Shown here piece by piece: positions 50,046 to 58,166 of a stretch of 63,424 bases of DNA. The position numbers and the translations under genes were made by a program. Numbering within the stretch: position 1 is the first letter of the stretch; every line of letters starts with the position of its first letter. Where the stretch lies: NCBI GenBank assembly GCA_902536485.1, contig CACAXP010000003.1, positions 1 to 63,424 on the forward strand. Direction: 5' to 3'. A model generated the notes under the pieces. The model made no database searches. It worked only from the letters and a program-made list of their open reading frames with translations, and was not told the DNA's origin. The DNA is from an uncultured Alphaproteobacteria bacterium (GTDB lineage Bacteria > Pseudomonadota > Alphaproteobacteria > Methylaequorales > Methylaequoraceae).

Positions 50046-53000
50046 TTACATTCTAATGTTAACGATTGCCTGTGTAGTAGCAGCCGTTGTTTCAATAGAT
50101 TTAGCGTTAGCCTGGAAGTTTCTTTGTGCTGTGATTAAGTTCACAAGTTCTTCAGTAATATCTACATTAGATCTTTCTAATGAACCTGATAATACAGTAC
50201 CAAAACCCTCTGCACCTGCTTCACCAACCGTCGCGGTTCCTGATACCGCAGTTTCAACGTAAGTTGCGTTACCGATCTGTTTCAAACCATTTTGGTTGTT
50301 AAAATTCGCTAGAACTAGCTTTCCCAGTGGGTTGTTCTGACCATTAGTGTAGTTTGCTCTAACTGTTCCATTGGCATCAACTTCAAGACCATCTAATCTT
50401 CCGGATGTAAAACCATCCTGATTAACTGTTGACACGAAGAATGGTTGAGCTAACTGGGTAGACTTTGTAAAGTCAATGTCAAGGTCAATACTAAAACCTG
50501 CTTCTTGTTTCTCGTAATGAACTCCTTGTTTTGGACTTAGGATTCTACCAGATTTATCAAATGTTAACTCACCTTCATCAATATAAAGTGGGAAGAAGCC
50601 ATCAACTAAGTTGGCAGGAGGTGTGGTTACCTTGTTACCATTGGCATCAACAAATAAGTTTAGTCCATCTGCGTTTGTAGCTTGTTGTAAATTATAAATT
50701 TGAGGTACTGAGCCAACACCCAAATCAACATCGTCAAGGCCAAACTTATTAGATCCTCTGACTTTAATTGTTGAGTCTCTACCTGTTGTACCATTAGTAA
50801 ATGTGAATTTATTTGTAGTGGAGTCGTATTTTACGGTAATACCTCCACCAACATTTCCTGTAGAGTCTTCAATCTGATTAATTCTTTGTTGAAGAGCCTC
50901 TGCTAATGTTGTTCCCACATAAAAACCTTGGGGAATTTCAATGACACCCGCAATACCATTTACAGATACGTTAAATATATTTTCATTAGCTTGTGTTGTT
51001 AATCTAAATACTTGAGTTAAATCCTCAGTAGCTGATGCACCAACTGCTTGCGCCGGTTGAGCTGCTAGACCTTTTGCTGCTGTTGTTATGGCATTTGTTT
51101 TTGTTACACCAACTCCAAGAAGGTTGTTATCTCCACCAAAAAAGTCTGTAGTGTCTGTTACTGAACCATCAGTTGTTGACAATAAATATCTCCCTACAGC
51201 AATGTTAGATGCAGTTTGTGCTGTGGTTACTCCAATGGCACCATTAGCTGCAATTGTTTCTCCCGTAGTTCCGCTACTAAATTCAAAAGCTTTTAACTCA
51301 CTGTTATACCCAACCTTAACTCCAAATCTTTTATCGTTAAGCTGAATCTCAGCACCATCTGCAACGAATGTAGCCGCAGAAAATTTTTCACCACCACGAA
51401 TTAGTGTTTCTGATGTGTCATCAGCAGTAGGAATACCCAGATTATTAGTTGTTGTTGCTGTTGATGCACCAAAAATTTTAAAACTGTTAAAGTTACTGTT
51501 AGTACCAGTTCCGATTAAGTTTCTGTCTACTTCAAATTGAAGTCTTTGATTTAAAACGTCATAAGTTACTTCAATGGGAGGATCTTTTTCGTCAACCCAA
51601 TGCGTTGCTGCCTTAGTTTTATCGGCAGTTGATCCATCACCATTTAAATATAAATCATGATTTGCTGCAGAAGTATTTTCACCAATACCAACAAGATTGG
51701 CTGTATTCAAAGCTGCCCCAGTAGATAGTTTGTCAGCTTTAAGTGTAAAAACTTCGTCAAAATCATCAATTATATTTTTGCTGAATTTTGTTACCATTTG
51801 TGCATTAGTATAATCATGCTTAGTAGCGGTTCCGATTTCTCTCATTACCAACTTTTTATTACTGAAGTTTTCAGTTGCGCCTTTATAAACACTTTGAGCT
51901 CCCTCAAAATAGGCTTCTACTGCAGTTGATTCTGCACTGTAAATTTTGGCTACATTATTAGCGTTTAAAGCTATAGAGAAATCACTGTCAGGAAAGTTCA
52001 TGCCCGCAGTACTGCACTCAACATAGTATTGAAGAGCTCCACCAACACTCTCCGAACCAACTGAGGCAACCGTGAATTCACGTCCATTAACAAAGTCACC
52101 ATTGGTTGTGTCAGCGGCTGCATTATAAAAATTTCCCATGAGTCTAATTTTTGAATTAGCTGAAAGAGGAGGGTTGGTTGTTCCAAAATGGAATCTTACC
52201 GTATTTTCTGATTGATCATAAACTATAGCTTGGTTTGCATTAGCTGTTGCACCACCAGGATTGTTTGACATAGCAGTCTCCGTATCATAAACATTTAATT
52301 GTGGTGTCTTGCCATAATAAGAGTAAGTCATAAATCGATTAGTTTGTATACCACTATTAGCTTGTAACTCAGCGTTTGTATTAGAAGCTGTGTTAGAGGC
52401 TGACTTAGCTTGTGCATGTTTGAAGCTAAAGACTTGGTTTTGGTCTAGAATTGTTCCTATTGTTTTACCTGAAGCTCTGTAAAATAAACTATTATCAACA
52501 CCTAATGCAGCTGCTTTATCAACAGTATCAGCAGGATACGTAACAGCATATTCATTAAGTGAAGCATTAAGACGAGCTTGTGTATGAGCTAAAAATTGCT
52601 CTCTTGTAAAATCAGGTGATGCACCAGTCAATACTATTCCCTCTCTTGTAGATACATAGGATGCACCTAGGAGGTCAACGGATACAGCTGTTGTCAAACC
52701 TGTTGATGTTCCATCAGCATTTAACTTTAATAAGTCAATAGTCAAAGTATCATCAACGTTTTGAACGATCTGTATTTTCTTATCATCACCGTAAGCAGCA
52801 TTAATTGATCTTTGAATTTCTGTAGCGAGTTGTGTAGCGTTGTAAGAACCAGGTCTAATATCGATATTTACTGGTTGGTCACTGTTATCAACATTTATTG
52901 TCATAAAGTTTTTACCCCAATAAACATTTGATGTAGTGTCACCACTTTCTCTAGTTGAGTTGAATTTCATTGGATCGGTAACAACAGTAACTGTTTTGTC

Positions 53001-53942
53001 ACCTTCTTCACCAAAATCAAAACTACTCGATTCACCAGTTACTTTGGCTGGAGTAGAGTCTACTAAAGTTTTCAAATCATCTAATTTATAAAGTGCAGAA
53101 CCTTTTCCTTCCAAGAAGTAGTTATCATCTGGAACTTTTGTTGTTTGTTGTCCAAAACGATCAATAAAGATTGGTTGCTTTGTATCATTAACAGCTTTAA
53201 CTAAATCAGGATCAATAACAGTGTCATTAATCACTAATCTTGTTTCATACTTGTTGGTAGGATCAGATGCAGAAGCAGCCTGAGTTCTTATAAAATAAAT
53301 TGTTGCAATTGTTGGGTTACCCAAATCATCAAAGATTGTAATTGATGTTGAATTGTTAAAAGTAGTGGGATCATTGGGATTAAAAACATAACCACTTGCA
53401 AATTGTGGATCATCAGAAATCACATCACTTGTTGCTGAAACGTTCACACCTAATTCAATTGACGTTGTCGCTTTTGGTGTTCCGGATGTAACTGGTAACT
53501 GGAGAGGAACGGCACTAACTAAATCTTTTGCAGTAACAGATCCATCATCGTTGACTGGAAAAGTTAGAAGAAACTGTCCTGATGAGTCAGTTACGTATCT
53601 ATCGTTGTTTACGTTAAATGATCCATTACGTGTATAAACTGTCTGTCCTGAAGTCAAAGATGGTTTTAAGGAGAAGAAACCTTGACCTGAAATTGCCATA
53701 TCAAGCACGTTAAGTGAGGAGGTAATGTTACCTTGTGTAAACTGTTGCTTAACACTTTTTAAGATTGTACCAGAACCAATAGAGGAGGAAGCGTTCTGTA
53801 ATGGAGATGTTGCAAATATATCACCAAATTCTGCTCTCGATCTTTTAAAACCGGTCGTGTTAACGTTTGCGATATTGTTCGACGTTGCCGAAATATCCGA
53901 CTGTGCTCCGTTAAGTCCTGTAAGTGCTGTATAAAATGACAT
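50046..53942 (-). CDS. flgE: Flagellar hook protein FlgE, giant (1298 aa)
   Basis: N-terminal SNNIANVNTTGFKRSRAEFGD, YTRNGSF, FlaE/D2 motif ITIFDDLGN, C-terminal LERSNVDITEELVNLITAQRNFQANAK; between flgD and flgF. Confidence 0.93.
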   Translation of the reverse strand: MSFYTALTGLNGAQSDISATSNNIANVNTTGFKRSRAEFGDIFATSPLQNASSSIGSGTILKSVKQQFTQGNITSSLNVLDMAISGQGFFSLKPSLTSGQTVYTRNGSFNVNNDRYVTDSSGQFLLTFPVNDDGSVTAKDLVSAVPLQLPVTSGTPKATTSIELGVNVSATSDVISDDPQFASGYVFNPNDPTTFNNSTSITIFDDLGNPTIATIYFIRTQAASASDPTNKYETRLVINDTVIDPDLVKAVNDTKQPIFIDRFGQQTTKVPDDNYFLEGKGSALYKLDDLKTLVDSTPAKVTGESSSFDFGEEGDKTVTVVTDPMKFNSTRESGDTTSNVYWGKNFMTINVDNSDQPVNIDIRPGSYNATQLATEIQRSINAAYGDDKKIQIVQNVDDTLTIDLLKLNADGTSTGLTTAVSVDLLGASYVSTREGIVLTGASPDFTREQFLAHTQARLNASLNEYAVTYPADTVDKAAALGVDNSLFYRASGKTIGTILDQNQVFSFKHAQAKSASNTASNTNAELQANSGIQTNRFMTYSYYGKTPQLNVYDTETAMSNNPGGATANANQAIVYDQSENTVRFHFGTTNPPLSANSKIRLMGNFYNAAADTTNGDFVNGREFTVASVGSESVGGALQYYVECSTAGMNFPDSDFSIALNANNVAKIYSAESTAVEAYFEGAQSVYKGATENFSNKKLVMREIGTATKHDYTNAQMVTKFSKNIIDDFDEVFTLKADKLSTGAALNTANLVGIGENTSAANHDLYLNGDGSTADKTKAATHWVDEKDPPIEVTYDVLNQRLQFEVDRNLIGTGTNSNFNSFKIFGASTATTTNNLGIPTADDTSETLIRGGEKFSAATFVADGAEIQLNDKRFGVKVGYNSELKAFEFSSGTTGETIAANGAIGVTTAQTASNIAVGRYLLSTTDGSVTDTTDFFGGDNNLLGVGVTKTNAITTAAKGLAAQPAQAVGASATEDLTQVFRLTTQANENIFNVSVNGIAGVIEIPQGFYVGTTLAEALQQRINQIEDSTGNVGGGITVKYDSTTNKFTFTNGTTGRDSTIKVRGSNKFGLDDVDLGVGSVPQIYNLQQATNADGLNLFVDANGNKVTTPPANLVDGFFPLYIDEGELTFDKSGRILSPKQGVHYEKQEAGFSIDLDIDFTKSTQLAQPFFVSTVNQDGFTSGRLDGLEVDANGTVRANYTNGQNNPLGKLVLANFNNQNGLKQIGNATYVETAVSGTATVGEAGAEGFGTVLSGSLERSNVDITEELVNLITAQRNFQANAKSIETTAATTQAIVNIRM

Positions 53943-53964
53943 GTGTTTTCTCCTCTATTGTTAA

Positions 53965-54669
53965 TTAATCATTTGATTTAAATTTTATTGCATCAGAAGC
54001 AGAGATCTCTCCATAATCTTTTGTTTCTAATATTACATCCTCAGTATTTTTTGGTGCGGATGCGGCAATAACCTTGTTATAAACGGCTGTTGTCAAGCCG
54101 TCACTTGCTTCACCATTTCCAGCATAAGCTTGAATGGTTAAGCGTGTTTTATCTTTTCTGATGTCTTCAGGTATATCTACCCAGCTAAATCCAACCAAAC
54201 CTTTTTCATTAGAACCTAAATTCATAGTATGAACAATTTCTCCAGATGGACTTGTAAAAGTTAGACCAACATCATTAGAATATCCCGGTAAGTCAACAAC
54301 CCCATGAATTTCTCCCTTGTCATCAGGGCTAGCGACCTGACCAGGTACTAGAACAGAATGTCCAAGAAATTGTGCAGCTGTTGCTACTCTATTAGGTTCA
54401 AGCTTTGAACCCAAATTTGTCAAATTATTGTTTATTTCAGTAATTCCCGTTACAGTTGAAAATTGAGCCATTTGGGCAATAAAATCTCCATTATCCATGG
54501 GTGCAAAAGGATCTTGATTTTGAAGCTGTGCAGTCATAAGTTTAAGGAAATCTTCTTGACCTAAAGTATTTTTATTTCCTTGTTTTTGAACTTCTTCTTG
54601 TGTTTTTACACCAAGTTTTGAAAGTATTGCGTTAAGTGATTGTTCAGATGATTTATTAATGTCAGTCAT
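53965..54669 (-). CDS. flgD: Flagellar hook capping protein FlgD
   Basis: LGQEDFLKLMTAQLQNQDPF.PMDNGDFIAQMAQFSTV. Confidence 0.96.
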   Translation of the reverse strand: MTDINKSSEQSLNAILSKLGVKTQEEVQKQGNKNTLGQEDFLKLMTAQLQNQDPFAPMDNGDFIAQMAQFSTVTGITEINNNLTNLGSKLEPNRVATAAQFLGHSVLVPGQVASPDDKGEIHGVVDLPGYSNDVGLTFTSPSGEIVHTMNLGSNEKGLVGFSWVDIPEDIRKDKTRLTIQAYAGNGEASDGLTTAVYNKVIAASAPKNTEDVILETKDYGEISASDAIKFKSND

Positions 54670-54682
54670 ATTTTACCTCAGA

Positions 54683-55096
54683 TTATTTTCCCATATTTGC
54701 TGTTTTAAGCATTAGAGCTTTAATTGTTGTAATTACTTCTACGTTATTTTGATATTGTCTAGACGCTTCAAGCATATCTACATATTCTTCTTCAACATCC
54801 ACTGGAGCTTTGTATATAAAACCTTCGTTATCAGCCATAGGATGACCTGGCTTAAAAACTTTTATTGGTTCAATATCCATCTTTTCGACAGTTACAGCGT
54901 CAACTGTGGAAATTCCTCTTTTTCTTATTAAATCAAAATATTTTGTTTCAAAAACTGGTTTGACTGGCTTGTAGGCATCCTGAGGGTTTTGGGCAATGTT
55001 ATCAGCATTTGCTAAATTACTTGCAATTGCATTAAGCCTTACAAGTTGAGCACCCATTGCTCTTTGAGCTATTTTATATACATTTTTAATATCCAT
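54683..55096 (-). CDS. flgC: Flagellar rod protein FlgC
   Basis: RLNAIASNLANA, PGHP.AD.EG, V...EE.VDMLEASRQYQNN. Confidence 0.95.
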   Translation of the reverse strand: MDIKNVYKIAQRAMGAQLVRLNAIASNLANADNIAQNPQDAYKPVKPVFETKYFDLIRKRGISTVDAVTVEKMDIEPIKVFKPGHPMADNEGFIYKAPVDVEEEYVDMLEASRQYQNNVEVITTIKALMLKTANMGK

Positions 55097-55485
55097 TATT
55101 CGCCCCTAATTGCACTCATTAAACCTGATAGCTTAGAGTTAATAAAATTTAGTGTTGTTTGGTATCTCATAGTATTTTCAGCAAATTCTGTTTGTTCAAT
55201 TGATAATTCAACAGTATTTCCATCCATTGAAGGGTGAAGGGGTTTTCTGTATTGAACTTTTCCAGGAAGATTCTTGGATGCAAGTGCAATGTGTCCGTCT
55301 TTAGAAGTTTTTAAAGGACCTACGCTTAAAGCTTTTGCTAATTCTACGTCAAAGTCTAAATCTCTAGCTTTAAAATTAGGAGTTGCTGCATTAGCTATAT
55401 TAGAAGCAAGAATTTCATTTCTATTGTTTCTAATTCTTAATGCATTGCTGTAAACCTCGAATTGTTGTTTAATACTGTCAGTCAT
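55096..55485 (-). CDS. flgB: Flagellar rod protein FlgB
   Basis: LASNIANAATPNFKARDLDF, DGNTVEL..EQ. Confidence 0.96.
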   Translation of the reverse strand: MTDSIKQQFEVYSNALRIRNNRNEILASNIANAATPNFKARDLDFDVELAKALSVGPLKTSKDGHIALASKNLPGKVQYRKPLHPSMDGNTVELSIEQTEFAENTMRYQTTLNFINSKLSGLMSAIRGE

Positions 55486-55517
55486 AATTTTATTTTTTTT
55501 AAATTTGGTTTAGAATT

Positions 55518-55533
55518 TGCAAATTAAATGCCA
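55518..55533 (-). promoter_or_regulatory. Sigma54 (-24/-12) promoter of flgBCDEF
   Basis: Minus strand TGGCAT-TTAAT-TTGCA, 32 nt upstream of the flgB ATG. Confidence 0.85.
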
Positions 55534-55551
55534 AAAGAAAGGATAATGAAA

Positions 55552-56679
55552 ATGGATGAAAAATTTTCTATGAATACTGAGCTTGATCCTGAGGTAGTTA
55601 AGGTAAGAGATAAAATAATAAGTAAAATAGGTAATAAGCCATTAGATGAAGTTAACTCAATAATAAAAAAGTTACTAAATGATCAAACAGATGAAGTTAC
55701 TAGGCTTGGTTTGCTAGCAGCAAGAGTAAAAATTATAAGAGCAAAAATTGAGTCGTTATACGAACGAAAAGTAGAAATAAAACAAAAAGTTGTTTCTGAA
55801 CCAAGTGAAAAAGCTCTAGTTCAAGACCAAAAAGAAGATAAAGATAAAGATAAAGATAAAGATGAAAAATGGATTCGAGTTGTTATGTTGCAATCAGGCG
55901 ATGTTAACGGTAAACAAATAGATAAAGGAGTTGTTTTGGATGTTAAAGAGGAAGATGGAAAAAAATTAATTGAGGCAAAAAAAGCAGAAATAGTGGTGGA
56001 AAAAAAACCTGAAGTGAAAGAAGAAAAAGGAGAAAAAGAAGACGTAAAGCAAAAAAAAGATACAAAAGAGGAGGAAAAGCCGGCGGAAGATAAAAAAGAT
56101 GAAATAAAGCCTGAAAAAGAAGAAAAAGAAGAGGTAAAGGCAGAAAAAGAAGAGGTAAAGGCAGAAAAAGAAGAAAAAGAAGAGGTAAAGGCAGAAAAAG
56201 AAGAAAAACTAGATGAAAAAGATAGAGAAAAACTAGTCGTTAAGAAGGATGATGAAGAAAACGTTAGTCAATCTAAGGCTGACGTAGAGAAAACAGAAAC
56301 ATCTGCTGAAGATAAAACCACAACACCCGAGCCGGAAGAAATAGTTAAAAACGAAGATGAAGCAGAAAACAATTTGGAAGAGAATAAAAAAGGTGAAGAA
56401 GATGAGGGGAGTAAGGACCTATTAGAGCGACATCAAGAAAGAGTAGAGGAGGTTAATGAGGAAAAGTCTCCAGACACTTATGAGAAAGATTCTAATACAA
56501 AAAGTAAGGATGACGAATTTTCTGAAAATAAAAAAAATGAAAGTGAACCTGAAACAAAAGAGGTTTCAACAATTAATGATTCAAATAAAGATGAATCCAA
56601 AGGTGATATAACAACTGAAAATAAAAAAGATATCAAGGAGGATAATAGAGATAATGAAGTTTCAAACCAAAAAGAATAG
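55552..56679 (+). CDS. Hypothetical protein: helical N-terminus, small globular module, long Glu/Lys/Asp-rich tail
   Basis: Long ORF; start placed at ATG 55552 (AAAGGA at usual spacing) because ATG 55528 lies inside the flgB promoter. Confidence 0.75.
   Translation: MDEKFSMNTELDPEVVKVRDKIISKIGNKPLDEVNSIIKKLLNDQTDEVTRLGLLAARVKIIRAKIESLYERKVEIKQKVVSEPSEKALVQDQKEDKDKDKDKDEKWIRVVMLQSGDVNGKQIDKGVVLDVKEEDGKKLIEAKKAEIVVEKKPEVKEEKGEKEDVKQKKDTKEEEKPAEDKKDEIKPEKEEKEEVKAEKEEVKAEKEEKEEVKAEKEEKLDEKDREKLVVKKDDEENVSQSKADVEKTETSAEDKTTTPEPEEIVKNEDEAENNLEENKKGEEDEGSKDLLERHQERVEEVNEEKSPDTYEKDSNTKSKDDEFSENKKNESEPETKEVSTINDSNKDESKGDITTENKKDIKEDNRDNEVSNQKE
55837..55863 (+). repeat. In-frame hexamer microsatellite (GATAAA)4.5 encoding DKDKDKDKD
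   Basis: Read directly from sequence. Confidence 0.9.
56113..56208 (+). repeat. In-frame tandem repeat: three 21-bp units GAAAAAGAAGAGGTAAAGGCA (EKEEVKA) interleaved with GAAAAAGAA
   Basis: Perfect units at 56122, 56143 and 56173. Confidence 0.9.
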
Positions 56680-57028
56680 TTATAAATATTTTAATATTAT
56701 CTATTTGTTAATTTTCTTTCCTCTTTTAATTGGATGTGAAGACTTGTTTTTAAGGTTTAAATATGAAACATACGAATGCACAAAAAATTATTTTAAATTA
56801 AAGAGTGTATTCATAAAAAATTATGATCCAGGAGACTTAGTAGATGTTGAAATTGACAATAGTGGCTATAAGTTAAAAATTAAAGAAAATAATGAAAGCC
56901 TTATGATTATTGAGCGGGAAGATCCATTCATATCAATTAGGATTGAAAAAAAAACATCAAAGCTAAATGTTAACTTTAAAAACCATATTCAAAATATTGA
57001 ATGTAGTAAGCATGTTTTCAAAATGTAA
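56654..57028 (+). CDS. Hypothetical lipoprotein
   Basis: Basic N-terminus, hydrophobic stretch and lipobox LIGC. Confidence 0.6.
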   Translation: MKFQTKKNSYKYFNIIYLLIFFPLLIGCEDLFLRFKYETYECTKNYFKLKSVFIKNYDPGDLVDVEIDNSGYKLKIKENNESLMIIEREDPFISIRIEKKTSKLNVNFKNHIQNIECSKHVFKM

Positions 57029-57030
57029 TT

Positions 57031-57456
57031 TTAGGATCTACCGTGGTACTTAATAATAGGCTCAATTTCTTCTTTAGTCATACCTGTTGTCTGTGAAATT
57101 TCATCAATAGATTTACCCTGATTAGCCATTTTAATTGCATTCGTCATGTTTGAATCTCCTTCAGACGAATCTGCTAGTCTAGAGATTTCTTGATCAAGCC
57201 TCTCTAAAGTATACTTATAGTTGTTCAAAATTTTTTTTTGGTCAGAAAGGGATAATTCTAGTGCTCGAAATTCTTCAATCAAATCTTTAATTGCTCTTTC
57301 TAAAATATTTAACTTTTTTTTATTTTGTTTGTTTTTTTGAAAATCAAGATAAAAACCAATCACAATTAGAATTAATGATAATAGAAATATTAGCAATAGA
57401 ACCTTTGCAGTATTATTTATGGGATCGAGTTGAATGAAATTTTGTAAAAAATCCAT
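57031..57456 (-). CDS. DUF2802-like membrane-anchored protein
   Basis: N-terminal TM, coiled coil, C-terminal A.KMA.QG.SIDEI....GMT.EE...II..H pattern. Confidence 0.7.
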   Translation of the reverse strand: MDFLQNFIQLDPINNTAKVLLLIFLLSLILIVIGFYLDFQKNKQNKKKLNILERAIKDLIEEFRALELSLSDQKKILNNYKYTLERLDQEISRLADSSEGDSNMTNAIKMANQGKSIDEISQTTGMTKEEIEPIIKYHGRS

Positions 57457-57492
57457 AATCTATCATAAATTTATAACTTAATTACTACAACA

Positions 57493-57768
57493 CTAATTAA
57501 TTTTTCTGTTTTTGATAAAATTTTGAAAATCAGATAAAAATTTTTTTTTATCCTCTTGTTTTGAAGATATTTTTTTTATTAAAATTTCTAACTTTTCGAT
57601 ATCATTTTTATTAAATTGAGAATCAAAATTTTCAGATGAACTAATTATATTTTTGATATTAGAAGAAATTTCATTTATTTGTTTTTCGAGAGATTGCAAC
57701 TCACTTGGGTTGTGAGAATCAAAACTTTTTTCTAAAAGTTTTAATAAATTTTTTAGACCATTCTGCAT
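57493..57768 (-). CDS. Hypothetical helical protein in the FlgN position
   Basis: 91-aa amphipathic helical ORF directly after flgM; no recognisable motif. Confidence 0.5.
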   Translation of the reverse strand: MQNGLKNLLKLLEKSFDSHNPSELQSLEKQINEISSNIKNIISSSENFDSQFNKNDIEKLEILIKKISSKQEDKKKFLSDFQNFIKNRKIN

Positions 57769-57790
57769 TACCTAGAAAGATAAAAAAGTT

Positions 57791-58105
57791 CTACTCTTTC
57801 ATTTCTTTATAAGCGTCAAACAAAGCATCGGCTATTTTATCTAAATCAATAGGATAAGAGCCATTAGCAATAGCATTCTTAATTCGCGATGTTGCGGCTT
57901 GATCTATTGGAGGTTCTTTTGCCATATCCTTAATTTTCTCTTTAGTTACGAATTTGGAAACCTCGCTACTGTCATATTTTTGTTTAGCGTTAGAATGATC
58001 GATTCCTTTAACCTGAATACTACTAGATTTCTTGGAATCAGAACTCACTTTGTTACTTCCAGCACTGCCAAGACTGTTTAGATTATTTTTAATTTGATCA
58101 ACCAT
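57791..58105 (-). CDS. flgM: Anti-sigma28 factor FlgM
   Basis: C-terminal PPID......IK.AIANGSYPIDLDKIADAL. Confidence 0.9.
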   Translation of the reverse strand: MVDQIKNNLNSLGSAGSNKVSSDSKKSSSIQVKGIDHSNAKQKYDSSEVSKFVTKEKIKDMAKEPPIDQAATSRIKNAIANGSYPIDLDKIADALFDAYKEMKE

Positions 58106-58139
58106 AATATAATTTTCCTAATTTAATTCATTATTATAA

Positions 58140-58166
58140 TAAACGTCACTTTTTTAGTTTTGTTTA
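58140..58166 (-). promoter_or_regulatory. Possible sigma28 (FliA) promoter of flgM
   Basis: TAAA-N15-GACGTTTA against consensus TAAA-N15-GCCGATAA; weak in AT-rich DNA but correctly placed. Confidence 0.4.

Noticed and set aside
50046-53942. Visibly higher GC in flgE as a sign of recent horizontal transfer
   Set aside because: Explained by Gly/Ala/Thr-rich protein composition; third codon positions remain mostly A/T, and neighbouring flgA and flgT are as AT-rich as the core.
56113-56208. Regular direct repeats as a possible CRISPR array
   Set aside because: Units are adjacent with no unique spacers, lie in frame in a CDS, and no cas genes are present.
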